Positions 11,949 through 23,152 of a stretch of DNA of 64,000 nucleotides are shown in pieces. The notes beneath the pieces are model-generated. The model searched no databases, was not told the DNA's origin, and saw only the letters and a program-made list of their open reading frames with translations. Both the position numbers and the translations under genes were made by a program. The stretch is from Williopsis jadinii. Its lineage: Eukaryota. Numbering within the stretch: the first letter of the stretch is position 1; each line of letters opens with the position of its first letter. The stretch spans positions 1,550,001-1,614,000 of the forward strand of contig AP024664.1 in NCBI GenBank assembly GCA_024346625.1, in the 5' to 3' direction.

Positions 11949-13808
11949 TCACACGCTTAGCTCGTTCAGCTGCTTGAGAAGCTTGTCTTCATTAGCCCAA
12001 TCGTTGATCATATCGAGCCAGAAGTCCTGCTTCTCATCTGTGCTTCCACCATTACCATTCTGGTACTGTTGTAAGAGCTTATCGAGAACAGCATCGCCCT
12101 GTTCCTCGGACTTTCCTTGTTTTCTCAAGCTTGGTAGAATCAACACCTCCAGCACTTTGGCCCTCTTCTCATCATCGGACGGTGCACTGGCAACTTCGGC
12201 ACTCAACTCGACAATGCTGAGATCGTGATCATTCAGCTTGGTCTCTGAGAGTTGCGTTTCCTGCTCCTGTAGTTGTGTGTACTTCTTCGTCTTGAATCCG
12301 TTGGCGTTGTATCTGTTACCGCCATTGGCGTATGGCACGTACTGCTGGTTATAGGAGAACTGGTTCTGGCCTTGAGGCATCTGGTAATAGTACTGATAGT
12401 TGTTGTAACCGTTAACTCTGTACCCGTTACCTCCATTTATAACACCATTAGTACCAGCATTGTTATAGCCCCTTGGCTTCCTCTTATTGCGCTGAGCAAA
12501 GGAGACGTGGATCACCTGGCCATCCAGCACAGAATCGTTCATAGCAACGAGTGCTCTCGAAGCCTCTTGAACCGTCTTGTAGCAGACGAATCCAAATCCT
12601 CTTGGGGAACCGTCCTCCGCCGTCATGATCTTTGCTGACACGATAATCCCGTATGGAGCAAAGGCCGAATACAGTGCATCATCATCAATATCAGGGGTGA
12701 GGTTCTTCACGTACAAGTTGGACTGCTGTTGGTGCGGGCCTGGCAGCGGGAGGAAAGTCGTTGCCATTGTTGGCGAGTTCAACGAAGTACTTTGTTGTTG
12801 CGGAGATTGAACCATAGGCTGCATCATTGGCACAACAGGCGTGTGCACCATAGGCAGGTAGTGCTGCGCTGGCACATTCATCGCCGGTGGTGAATGGGAA
12901 GCGTGTCTACGTTCATCACGACTATACGCCCTTGATACAAAGATCTCACAACCTGGCTCGACTTCCTTGCCGTTGAGTGCTTCGATGGCCTTCAGCGCGG
13001 CCTGGTGGGTTTTCAACCCGACGAAGCCGAATCTCTTTGCAGACTGGCCACTTGAGCCGCTGTTCGGTAGGGAAGCTGAGGAGGACTCTGGAGATTGTGC
13101 CGGTGATTGTGTTGATGATTTGTCCTTAGACTCAGGCAAGAGAACCGACGTGACTTCTCCGAAATCCCCAAAGAGAGTCTTCAACTTGTCCTCGTTGTAA
13201 GACTCCGGCAAGTTCTTGACGTAGAGGTTTGTAAAGTGTAGCCTCTCATAGTCGATTCTCTCCAAACGCTCGTTCTTTGCGATGTGGTGGTTGAGGTAGA
13301 GCTTGGAGCCATTCACCAGCAGCCCGTTCAGCTTCTCAATGGCCTCGTCCGCCGAAGCGCCGTTGTTGAAGTTGACAAACCCGTAGCCCTGCGATCTTCC
13401 AAACTCATCGGTGACAATCTTACACGAGATGATCGTTCCAAAGGGGCCAAAAAGCTGGTGCAAGTCCTGGGTATCGATGTCATGGGTCAATCCTCGAACG
13501 TAGATGTTCCCCGGGTGGGTCAGCGCATCGTAATCAAACGACACGTTCCAGGCCTCCGCTAAGCTTGGGAACTTCTCTCCCAGCAGCTTCTCCAGCCCAT
13601 GTGCTTCGTCCTTGTCGATGAACTTCACCTTGAGTGCATCGCTGGACGACTCAAGCACCTGGAACTTCTCAAACGTGGACGTCAGCAGGTCTGTGATCGC
13701 AGCCAGCTCCGTGCCATTGTTCTCCACACCGTCCTTCCTCTTGAGCGTCACAACGCAGTTGGAGTTGAAAGGCGAGTGGAAATGGTGGGTGTGTTCTTCG
13801 GAGGTCAT
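11949..13808 (-). CDS. PABP-like multi-RRM RNA-binding protein, Pes4/Mip6 family
   Basis: Three clear RRMs (NIYVRGL/GYGFVNF; NLYVKNL/FGFVGL; NLYVKNL/RGFGFVCY), a Q/N/Y-rich linker and a helical C-terminus; too divergent to be Pab1. Confidence 0.75.
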   Translation of the reverse strand: MTSEEHTHHFHSPFNSNCVVTLKRKDGVENNGTELAAITDLLTSTFEKFQVLESSSDALKVKFIDKDEAHGLEKLLGEKFPSLAEAWNVSFDYDALTHPGNIYVRGLTHDIDTQDLHQLFGPFGTIISCKIVTDEFGRSQGYGFVNFNNGASADEAIEKLNGLLVNGSKLYLNHHIAKNERLERIDYERLHFTNLYVKNLPESYNEDKLKTLFGDFGEVTSVLLPESKDKSSTQSPAQSPESSSASLPNSGSSGQSAKRFGFVGLKTHQAALKAIEALNGKEVEPGCEIFVSRAYSRDERRHASHSPPAMNVPAQHYLPMVHTPVVPMMQPMVQSPQQQSTSLNSPTMATTFLPLPGPHQQQSNLYVKNLTPDIDDDALYSAFAPYGIIVSAKIMTAEDGSPRGFGFVCYKTVQEASRALVAMNDSVLDGQVIHVSFAQRNKRKPRGYNNAGTNGVINGGNGYRVNGYNNYQYYYQMPQGQNQFSYNQQYVPYANGGNRYNANGFKTKKYTQLQEQETQLSETKLNDHDLSIVELSAEVASAPSDDEKRAKVLEVLILPSLRKQGKSEEQGDAVLDKLLQQYQNGNGGSTDEKQDFWLDMINDWANEDKLLKQLNELSV

Positions 13809-16800
13809 GGGGGCAGCAGCACAATCAAACGGGCAAACAACTGGAGCGACTAGTAACCTCGAGTATTATCCCCGGTGTGTAGCCTGAAGGAGGAAAAGGG
13901 TATGGGGATTAATCAAAGAGAAGAAGAAGAAAAATTAGAGAGAGAGCGAAAAAACCAATTGCAACTTCTGCACGGGAGAAAGTTGGGAGTTATGGCCTTT
14001 GGTACTATGTACGTGGTTTATACGCCAGTGTGTGAGTATGTGTGTGACTTACGGCGTACGTACGGTACGCAGTGTGCTATAAAAGCCTGACGGGCCCAGA
14101 GGTCAGCACCGCGGTGTGCGAGCCATTTACAGAGCGCGAGACGGGAGGAGGAAAATGGCCTCGCAAAGGGAAAAAGGAACTAGCCACGGAACCGCTTCCT
14201 TTGGCCTGCAGCAGAGGATTTATACAGGAAGAAGGGAAATGGCAGGGACCGCACGCTCTGGTGGGAGAGGATGGGAGAGGGTGGCGTGGGGGCCAGAGCT
14301 CCTCAGCAGCTGTGTGCTGACGGGCACGGTGGACGAGTGAGGTTGTGTTCACCATGAGGGCGACTGTGTTGTCGTTGAAACAATGAACTGGCTCGCATAG
14401 GCCATTTTAGGGTCCAATGGGCGTCCCCGGTAACTCGGTATGCGGGTCTGCTGCGTCGCGTACAGAACAAAAGCTTCGAAATGAAGAGATCTGTTTTGGG
14501 CGGGGGGGCCGGGAGGATTGTGCTTGGGGGAATTTTTAACAAGGTCTGTACGAAGATTACAATGGCACAACGGTCTGGACGCAGGAGGGAGGCCACGGTC
14601 TTGGGAGCACCATCATGGAGCACCTTGAAGATTTGTATGTACTTCAAGCAGAAGGTGTGTCTAATGCTCGCCGTGATCTAAAGAGCAGTCGACTGGAGTT
14701 TCCCAACAATGGGAGAAAGCTCATGAATGTCATTTTGCACGTATGCGCTTGGGAATTCTAATTGGCCGTGGTTAGTCCAACCTAAAACGTAGAAATACTC
14801 CCACAAGGAATTTGGTGAACTGGCCAATAGCAATAAAGCTGTTAATTTTCTGTATGTGTATTTTTTGGCGGAGGGAGGGTGTTGTGAAGAAAACAACGGG
14901 CGCCCAAACCGCCTCCGCCCCCCCCCCAAGAAAAATCACAGACGTCTCTACTGAGCGAAGAGGTTGGTGGACGTGGTGCCAGGCCCAAATATGCAGGCAG
15001 GCACGACGTGCCTGCAAATTCCCGCCTACACAGAAATTCTTAGCGTGGATTGTACAATTGTCACAAAAAGATACCAACGTCCAAGCAAATTTTGGTTTGG
15101 AAAACAAAAAAAAATTGGTCATGGGAAGAGTTGTTTTATCGGTATCGGGATCGAACTTTTGAAGGCGAAGAAACCAGTCTGTCCGTTGTGGCCTGGCGTT
15201 ATCGAGGGTTGGACGGACCAAAAAGTGCTTGGAGCTTGTGGTGGTAACAAGTAGTGAAACCGGATCCCTCTCTCCTGTCTTTCCCAACGCTGCCATTGAC
15301 TTGGTGGTTGAGGTTCTCCCGGTGGTCTTCTCCTGATAGACCAGATCAATTATAGAGATATCTCTCTGCATTTAGTTCAATTCAGGTACCAGACAGAATG
15401 GTACTGTGAAAAGAACGAAGTAGATGTGTTCGCATAGCGTATAGGAAAGTCACCAAAGGGGGCTCAAAGGAGAGGATAAATAATTGAGCTCGCCTTCCAC
15501 TATGAAGTATCTATGCCTAACCTCTTAAGAGGGAACCTCCCACCGCATTCTCAAGCCTGCCGGCCTCACCGACCCCACGGTTGATCTAACAACCACTCTG
15601 TGTGTGGTGTCAACTGTTTTATGGATCCATGGTTATGTAATTTATTACTAATCACGATTGCTTCCCACCGCACCGATGGCTACACATTGTAAATGGTGTA
15701 TACTATATAGCCTCTGGGAGTACGGTAATCATTCATGAAAATGTGTCATCTTGTGCCTCTTAGAAAGTCCAGGAGATAGCAAAAAGGTCGTGATTTCTTT
15801 AGAGGAGCATGAACGCACTCCTTGTGTGTGTCTATTGAGATGCGACAAGACGCCTGATGATGTGTTCTTTGGGGTTCAGCTTTATGTTTCCAGTTATATC
15901 GACGTCACAATATATCTTTCACTAACAGTAGGATGTGTAGTGTTCCTTTTCCACGGTGTGATTAGTAAAATAGTTGATATGATAATAACAATAAGAATAA
16001 TCTTAATAACAATATAATTCAGAAATATAAGAGACGAAGGTTAAGTTCTAGGAATTTTACAAAGTGGAAAATAATGGTTCAAGGAGTGCCTTTAAAATCA
16101 TTGTAGAGAAACACTTGAATCTTGAGGGTTTATGTTTCATGTTATCATATCCTAAAAACGATGTGATAATTGTAAAGTGTTAGAGTAAATCACAGCTGAT
16201 ATAATTCAGTGATAAATCCGATAATCATGTCCGAACGTCGATTATCGCAGCAAAGTGGTAAAGACACACGCCTTCCAGCTGCGTGAACGACGCGTGGTGA
16301 ATGGATGGTCTACACTGGCTCATGATGAGGACAACCTCTGGTCCCTTCCTGACTGAACGGTAGACAATACGAGCGAGCTACAGAGCTTGTGAAATGTCTG
16401 TTGTATGCTTCGTAAAATCTTCCCTGTGGGGATGGCTTTAATTTTTGCGCTTGAGACACTTTTCCTGCCACAAATCAGTTTTGCTGCCATTTTGTTGTGC
16501 CTTTTCGTGCCCTAACAGCAGTTTCACATCTGGCGCAAAAGTCTACAAAAGTCTACAAAAGGGAACCTTTTTGGACACCTTTTCGGACAACAGTTGTAAT
16601 CCTTTATTCCACGGCTATTAAAAAACCCCAAAAGTAAACACGTTTGAATAATATATAAAAAAAGAGACTGAAGTAGAAGTAGAAGTGAAAGAATAAAGGA
16701 ACTCTCATGGCATATAAAAAAAGGAAAAACAAACACCGAAACTGGAACAAAGGGTGCTAAAACAATAATAGTACAAGTGGAGACGATTCAATCACAGACA

Positions 16801-16848
16801 AAGGGCTGACATTCTCCAAAGGAGTCAGAGATCAATCAAACGATCAAC

Positions 16849-17567
16849 CTACTTGGTGGCCTTAGTGGCCTTTGCCTTTGGCTTAGCTGTGGCAGCCTTC
16901 TTAGCTGGCGCCTTTTTCGTCGTCGTGGTCTTTGTAACCTTACCAGTTGTGGAGGCCTTCTTTGCGGCTGGCTTTTTAGCTGTAGCAGTCTTCTTTGCTG
17001 GTGCCTTCTTTGGGGCTGCTGCTGCAGTGGTGGACTTCTTAGTGGTGGTGGCCTTCTTAGCAGCTGGCTTCTTAGCAGTAGCTTTCTTTGCGGCTGGCTT
17101 CTTAGTAGCTGGCTTCTTTGCGGCAATGGCAGCCTTGTTAAGCTTGACTGGGCCAGAAGAACCCTTTGGTTGGATGAACACTTCGCTGGCAACACCACGT
17201 CTCAAGGCAACGTTGAACAACGAGTCAAAGTTGGCGGCGGTGATGTTGTAGTTGGCGTGGATGTACTTCTTCAAAGCTTGACGGGAAGAACCGTTACGGT
17301 CCTTCAAGGAGAGGATACCAGCCTTGATCATCTCTACACGTTGGAAATGTTAGTATTCAACAGATTCGTCGTGTCCTCATCTCCATCTGGCCCCTTTCAA
17401 CTGGAATGAAATTCAAAACAAATAATAAACAAACCACTTCAAAAGGGGGCGAACTAGATAAACACACAGAGAGAGAGGGGTGGCATAAACACAAACATAC
17501 CAGCATATGGAGGATGGTCTGGGGTCTTCTTGGTTGAAGTTGTGGTCTTCTTAGTTGTTGTGGACAT
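16849..17567 (-). CDS. HHO1: Linker histone H1; exons 17567-17501 and 17333-16849 (~183 aa)
   Basis: Spliced product MSTTTKK...[31 protein letters not shown]...QPKGSSGPVKL plus a K/A/T/P tail; adjacent to TBF1 as in S. cerevisiae. Confidence 0.93.
17334..17500 (-). other. Spliceosomal intron of HHO1 (167 nt)
   Basis: GTATGT 5'ss, TACTAAC at 17355-17349, TAG 3'ss; splicing restores HPPYxEMI. Confidence 0.92.
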
Positions 17568-18131
17568 TGTTAATTACCTGAGTGTTAGAGTTGATGATGT
17601 TTACAAGGAATAAGGGATAGAAAGAAGAAGGGAAAGAATTTTATCCACTGTGGTTTTTTTTCTATTCTATTGCGGGCCCCTCGTTTGTTTATTTTCCAAC
17701 CATGCGCGCGTTTGTTTTGATTTTGTAGCCTATGTGCAGAGGCAATTTGACCGATCTGTGTGTTTTCGCTTGATAAATTATCTGTAACTATAACAACCGA
17801 CCCTTCTAAAGTGGGAGTTTTTGCAACCGCAAAGAGATTTGTTGGCGTGATTTCCCCGCTAAAACGGGAAATACGTGATGTGAATTACACCCCTAAATTG
17901 TGTAAATGTCAGCACGGGTGCACTCTACGTATTCATCAATTGACGTGTCTACCATACTGATATCGGAATTCAAACACGCATTCTAACGCCCCAGTAACCT
18001 ACGTACTGTGAGAGTAATAACAGCGAGTTCTAGAGCATGTGTGATAATTTGAATTGATGTGCTCATTGGTAAAAACTTTCCCCGTAGAGTGTTTGTTGAT
18101 TTTCAAGATTAAAGGTAAAAGGATCACAGCA

Positions 18132-18142
18132 GGATTCGAACC
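18132..18142 (-). promoter_or_regulatory. Isolated Pol III B box (GGTTCGAATCC), ETC-like
   Basis: Perfect B box inside a CAGG-TTCGAAT-CCTG hairpin, with no cloverleaf around it. Confidence 0.5.
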
Positions 18143-18266
18143 TGGAACGAATTGTCTGAACTTTGCTATGGAGGGGGGGGGAAAAGAGGTAGAAAAAATT
18201 GTAAACAAACCTCATCACATTGCTTTAAGTGTAGTTCAACCCTTCAGAAGGAGCTGTGGTTTTAAC

Positions 18267-20357
18267 ATGTCCGACATTAATACAGAAGACGGTTCTCTCT
18301 ATTCAGGAGAACAAGTCATCTCTGCATCAACCGACTCCCAAGGCTCACTTCATAAAAGGGCTCTAGACCATCTTGATGGTTCTACTAGTGGGCCAGAATC
18401 TGAAAGTGCCAAACGTCAAAAACTTGACCAAGATGATATAGAAGGTACTTATGGAGAGGATGCTGCGGGTCTCGACGGGGAAGATGTAACTCAATCTGGA
18501 TCACAGAATGAAGCACACACTCAGGAAGAGCACATGGAGAGTGTGTCTACTGAAGAAGTGCCTACAGATGCAATAACTGGGAAGAAAACACCTCCCGATG
18601 AAGTACAAGTTGACCAAGTGCAAGCTCAGGTAATACAAGATGAAGAGGGTGCTGAGTCTCAAAACGGAACCCAATCTCCGGAAGAAGTGCAAGCACATGA
18701 CGGGAACAAGTCTCACGAAAAGACTGACTACATTCTCAAAGACGGTATTCCAATACCCTCTGACTCGGCGCTTCTCACATCTGTATATATACCACAATCC
18801 ACAGAATTGTCACAGCGTATGCTGATTAAGGCAAATCTCGCATCATTACCCTTGTCGCTACAAGCAAACGATTCCCTGCCTATTAGGGTACAATTCGTTA
18901 TCAACACAGTTCCGGTGTTGGATAACGTTGCAACACAAATACTTCGAATCATAGGTGTTGCACCTTATGAGGAAACACTGGCAATAGTTACCACTGATGA
19001 GCCTACTCCGGAAAGCCTGGTCTTTGGCGATTTGGTCAAATTGTTTGGACAGGTTAAGGAATTCTTCAGCGTCGAAGATCCATTTTTGGACATGGAACAC
19101 GTTGTAGACGATCGCTCGACATTGTCTGAAGATGGACTGAAAAGTTTGAAAGAAATTGAACAGACCATTGATACTGCACTAAAGAAATCCAACCTTGCAA
19201 CGTTCCTACTAGCGGCTTTAGGTGCTGTGGACGTTGGGTTATCATATCTGAACGAAAGTTTCTTAGACGTTTTCTGTCCAACCCCTTGTGGGAACTGGTT
19301 TAACGGTAAAATGGGTTCTGGAAGTTTCACGGCAGGAAAACTGCTAAAGGCACAGGCTGGATTATTCCTCGAGTTGAAAACACAAACTTACATTTCAGGT
19401 GTGGAATTCAGTGAAAGGCCAAAAGAAGAACTCTTGGATGAGATCTTTCCTTTTAATTTACAAGATTTGCTTCTAAGACGTCGTCAAGCTGCACAACTCA
19501 CACCTGTGGAATCTGAATTTATCTTCAAATGTACCACACGCCGTGACACTTTGCTGAACTCCCCTGACACGGAAGACTTAAGTGAGAACTACGATTGGCT
19601 TATCTTTTTAAAGGAGCTCTTTGGATATGTATCGAAGAACATTGGATTCCTTTTGTGGGGGCGTAAGCCTCGGACGTCATTGCTTCCATCGTTAACGGAT
19701 CTGACCTCTCCTACAACAATAATTCCATCAGACCTGACCCACTTGACCAAAGAGGAAATTCACAAACGTTTGGAGGAACAGAAGGAAAGGGAAAAGGAAC
19801 TGCAACAAGAGGCCGAAAAAGAACCTCTTACCGCAAAGCGGAAACGTGTTGTACGAAGACCAAAACCTGTTCTTGTAAAATCATCTCAGTCAAAGTCCAC
19901 AACTGTTACACCACGCATCAAAAACATGCTGCGTAGAGCATGGTCTCCTGAAGAAGAAGAAGCCCTTGTAGAGGCACTCAAAGAGGTTGGTCCTCGTTGG
20001 TCAAAAATTCTTGACTACTACGGTCCCGGTGGTACCAAAAGTGAGGTTTTAAGAAACCGTACACAGGTTCAACTCAAGGACAAGTCCCGTAATTGGAAGA
20101 TGGCATACTTGAAGAACTCACAACCTATGCCAGAGTATTTGAAAAAGGTTACTGGTGAATTGGAACGTGATGACAGGGCCATGGATGCCAGAAGGAGAAG
20201 AAAACAAAGACTTCAAGATCAAAAGAAAGCCCAAAAGAAAGCCCAAATGACTGATGCGAGTGAGATCACCTCCAAAGAAACCACGCCCCTTGAACATATC
20301 GATGACACTCTTCCTCAGAATAATGACAATGGGCCTCTTGATGGTACTTCTACCTAG
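18267..20357 (+). CDS. TBF1: Telobox Myb general regulatory factor
   Basis: C-terminal RRAWSPEEEEAL...GPRWSKIL..YGPGG..SEVLRNRTQVQLKDKSRNWK; central LDNVATQIL and LFLELKTQTYIS segments. Start placed at MSDINT (18267). Confidence 0.93.
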   Translation: MSDINTEDGSLYSGEQVISASTDSQGSLHKRALDHLDGSTSGPESESAKRQKLDQDDIEGTYGEDAAGLDGEDVTQSGSQNEAHTQEEHMESVSTEEVPTDAITGKKTPPDEVQVDQVQAQVIQDEEGAESQNGTQSPEEVQAHDGNKSHEKTDYILKDGIPIPSDSALLTSVYIPQSTELSQRMLIKANLASLPLSLQANDSLPIRVQFVINTVPVLDNVATQILRIIGVAPYEETLAIVTTDEPTPESLVFGDLVKLFGQVKEFFSVEDPFLDMEHVVDDRSTLSEDGLKSLKEIEQTIDTALKKSNLATFLLAALGAVDVGLSYLNESFLDVFCPTPCGNWFNGKMGSGSFTAGKLLKAQAGLFLELKTQTYISGVEFSERPKEELLDEIFPFNLQDLLLRRRQAAQLTPVESEFIFKCTTRRDTLLNSPDTEDLSENYDWLIFLKELFGYVSKNIGFLLWGRKPRTSLLPSLTDLTSPTTIIPSDLTHLTKEEIHKRLEEQKEREKELQQEAEKEPLTAKRKRVVRRPKPVLVKSSQSKSTTVTPRIKNMLRRAWSPEEEEALVEALKEVGPRWSKILDYYGPGGTKSEVLRNRTQVQLKDKSRNWKMAYLKNSQPMPEYLKKVTGELERDDRAMDARRRRKQRLQDQKKAQKKAQMTDASEITSKETTPLEHIDDTLPQNNDNGPLDGTST

Positions 20358-20966
20358 TTTCTGATTTCTCAATCTTAACTGATGAATTACACGTTAACTT
20401 ACTCATCATAAATCATTTATCAAGCGTATCTCAATTGTAATCTCAGCTCCTGATTTAATCCATTTCGCCTGTAATGGGAATCCCTGATCCTAATATGTAA
20501 TGGTAGTTTCAAGTCCAATGGCGGCTTCTAATGTGGCAGGCGTAACTGTTTTGTGAAGTCATAGTCGAAAATACTCCTTTCGGCTAGTTATACAGTAAAA
20601 AAGGCAAGATGTTGGTTAACTAATCATGCTTCGTAGCTTATACGTAACATCCCATCTCTAAAAGTACAACCGCATCTGTTCCTAAGAGTTTACATTCTTC
20701 TACCGTGTAATCGCCATGTCAACTTCCAATGTCATATATGACTTCAAACGTCACTTGGCCATGCGTTCAGCATCTGTGCACTCAACGAACACACAGCTCC
20801 CAAAAGCTAATCGATATACAAAAAAATCTCACGAGATCCAACGATTAAAACGAATATCGCATTGCACACAGCTGGCTGCTGTATTGTTGCATCAACTTAT
20901 GCAGTATCATGCACCACTCATGCAACTATGGATGCCTGTTCGCGAAGATCAAAAAAGAAAGATTAG

Positions 20967-21048
20967 TGACAACCGCGAGGTTCGAACTCGCGCCTCCGAA
21001 GAGACCAGGACCTTAACCTGGCGCCTTAGACCACTCGGCCAGGTTGCC
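20967..21048 (-). tRNA. tRNA-Leu(AAG)
   Basis: GGCAACCTGGCCGAGTGGTCTAAGGCG CCAGG-TTAAGGT-CCTGG, long variable arm, GTTCGAAC T-loop, 82 nt, T-run downstream. Confidence 0.95.
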
Positions 21049-21550
21049 TACTACCTTGCTGTGTAAGGTCTTCAGATTGGCTTTGTTGAGTTAGTCCTTG
21101 CCATGTTAGTTTGGGCCATGACAACTTGCTATATATCAAACATCACATCACCTCTCCTACCTTGACGCTATAGTACATTCCCATAGCTCTTTGTAGAGCA
21201 CAATTGACCGTCCTCATCTTCGTTTATGGATACTCATTAAAGCTCAAAATGAGGCCAAATCCGCACATACAGTTTTCCTGATGCATGAATGCTGCTTCCT
21301 TCCTAATTTGGCCTTAGTTCTGGAAGCTGGGTCCTATCTGAAATGAGGCTCCAACATACACAGTCGGAACACTTACGCTGTCTATCATCACTCCTTATCC
21401 TTTTTTTTTTCAGTGACGTTCCTTTTCATCTCTGGATGGTACCTTCACTGTTACCACCTTTGTGTGTAAGCTCTCTTGATTGTACAGAACACCTTTCCGT
21501 TCACTAAAGAACATCACCAGAATCAGACACATACCGAGATACGTCCCCAC

Positions 21551-21557
21551 TGAAACA
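21551..21557 (+). promoter_or_regulatory. Pheromone response element (TGAAACA, Ste12 site)
   Basis: Exact PRE ~185 bp upstream of STE4; a single 7-mer, so it may be chance. Confidence 0.45.
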
Positions 21558-21736
21558 TTACCAGCCAACCTCCACCTGGTCATCAATTATACCTCCAGTT
21601 TGCGTGAGAGGGTCACAACATTAATCTTTGTGCTATATAACAGACCACGGTACAAGTACGCTGGAGTTTTGGAGGCGTGACAGGAACACTCAACCATCTT
21701 GAGCTCTATATGCAAGTTGATAGTCAGGTGCATACG

Positions 21737-22978
21737 ATGTCTCAACCAGAAAATACAATGGAGTATATCAACACCAGGATTGAACAGGCACGCCTAGAGA
21801 CAAGGCAACTGTATCAGCAGATTGACAAAGTGAAGGCGAAAATAGTGGACTCAACATTGAAAGATTGTGCCGTCAATGTAGCGTCCCTGTCTAAGACGGC
21901 CTTGAATCTAAAGCCCCTGCAAGTGCTGAAAGGTCACAACAACAAGATCGCAGATATGAAGTGGAGTGCCGACTCTAAGTCTATACTCAGTTGCTCACAG
22001 GATGGCTTTCTCATTATTTGGAACCCGACAACGGGGATGAAGCTAAATGCCATCCCTCTGGACTCACAATGGGTGCTGTCATGTGCCTATTCGCCAAATG
22101 GACGACTAGTGGCATCTGCAGGCTTAACGAACAACTGCACTATCTACTCAGTTCCAGATATAGATGACGGGAGTTCTGCCTTCCAACAAAGGATTGTGAG
22201 TGTATTCAAAGGACACACCTGTGGTATCACAGCGTGCGATTTCATCGACAACCACAGCATTCTAACGGCTTCTGGAGATATGACCTGTGCCAAATGGGAT
22301 CTCAATAAGGGGCAGCGTGTCGTTGAGTTCCTAGATCACTTTGGAGACGTGCTGGCTATGGGCATCAATCGTCAGAGCCTCAGCAATGGTGGAGGAGATT
22401 GCATCTTTGCCAGTGGTGCCTCTGATGGATACGCTAGGATCTGGGACACAAGGAACAATGGCTCAATCTCACAACAATTCTTCGTCTCCAATAGTGATAT
22501 CACCAGTATACAATTCTTCGCCGATGGTAACTCGTTTGTTACAGGCAGTGACGATGGCATAATAAGACTGTACGACGTTAGAGCAGACTGCGAACTAGCA
22601 AAGTATTCCTTGCCGGAAATGGCTCAGCAACACTATAACCAAGAGATTGACCGTACTTATTTCCACCAATCCCCAATGTATCAAGAACAACTCCTGGAGT
22701 ACAAGCGAGCCAGGCCTCTGTCAGTTGAAGAGATCGACTCGGCACTCAACATCTCAGGGGTTATGTCCTTGGACTTCAGCCAGTCAGGAAGGTTGATGTA
22801 CTCGTGCTATGCAGAACAAGGGTGCTATGTTTGGGATACTCTGAAGAGCACAATTGTCGGCAAGTTGGATGGCCATTCGAATAAGGTATCTAAAGTCTCA
22901 ACATCGCCTAACGGATACGCAGTATGTACTTCATCATGGGACAGCACCATGAGGGTATTAACTCCATCGTACATCTAG
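21737..22978 (+). CDS. STE4: Heterotrimeric G protein beta subunit (WD40); start could be 21710
   Basis: Coiled coil RIEQARLETRQL, LKGHNNKIADMKWS.DSKSILSCSQDG, TASGDMTC, SSWD; Ste4-like insertion. Confidence 0.93.
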   Translation: MSQPENTMEYINTRIEQARLETRQLYQQIDKVKAKIVDSTLKDCAVNVASLSKTALNLKPLQVLKGHNNKIADMKWSADSKSILSCSQDGFLIIWNPTTGMKLNAIPLDSQWVLSCAYSPNGRLVASAGLTNNCTIYSVPDIDDGSSAFQQRIVSVFKGHTCGITACDFIDNHSILTASGDMTCAKWDLNKGQRVVEFLDHFGDVLAMGINRQSLSNGGGDCIFASGASDGYARIWDTRNNGSISQQFFVSNSDITSIQFFADGNSFVTGSDDGIIRLYDVRADCELAKYSLPEMAQQHYNQEIDRTYFHQSPMYQEQLLEYKRARPLSVEEIDSALNISGVMSLDFSQSGRLMYSCYAEQGCYVWDTLKSTIVGKLDGHSNKVSKVSTSPNGYAVCTSSWDSTMRVLTPSYI

Positions 22979-23152
22979 TACTTGTGCCATAGGACTCGTG
23001 AATGAGACGCTTCCTATACACTAAGAGGATGATATAGTCTATATACCTCAGATCATGAATAGTACCAATAAACATTAACAGAGGAAAAATGGAATAAAAA
23101 AACAGTACATATAACAAAAATCATCCATTGCTTTCTCATTAATCACAAAAAA

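Noticed and set aside
13850..15400. Cluster of 60-200 aa overlapping ORFs
   Set aside because: GC-rich promoter-like DNA; no recognisable domains, mostly non-ATG starts.
16322..16356. ATGATGA...CTGA as a C/D snoRNA
   Set aside because: Too short, with no recognisable rRNA guide or terminal stem.
17864..17875. ACGGGAAATACG matching part of the yeast U4 snRNA 5' region
   Set aside because: Flanks do not match U4 and there is no Sm site at the right distance; explained by a local hairpin.
18054..18266. 71-aa N-terminal extension of TBF1 in the ORF track
   Set aside because: Runs through promoter-like sequence (B box, poly-G); 18267 has the better start context.
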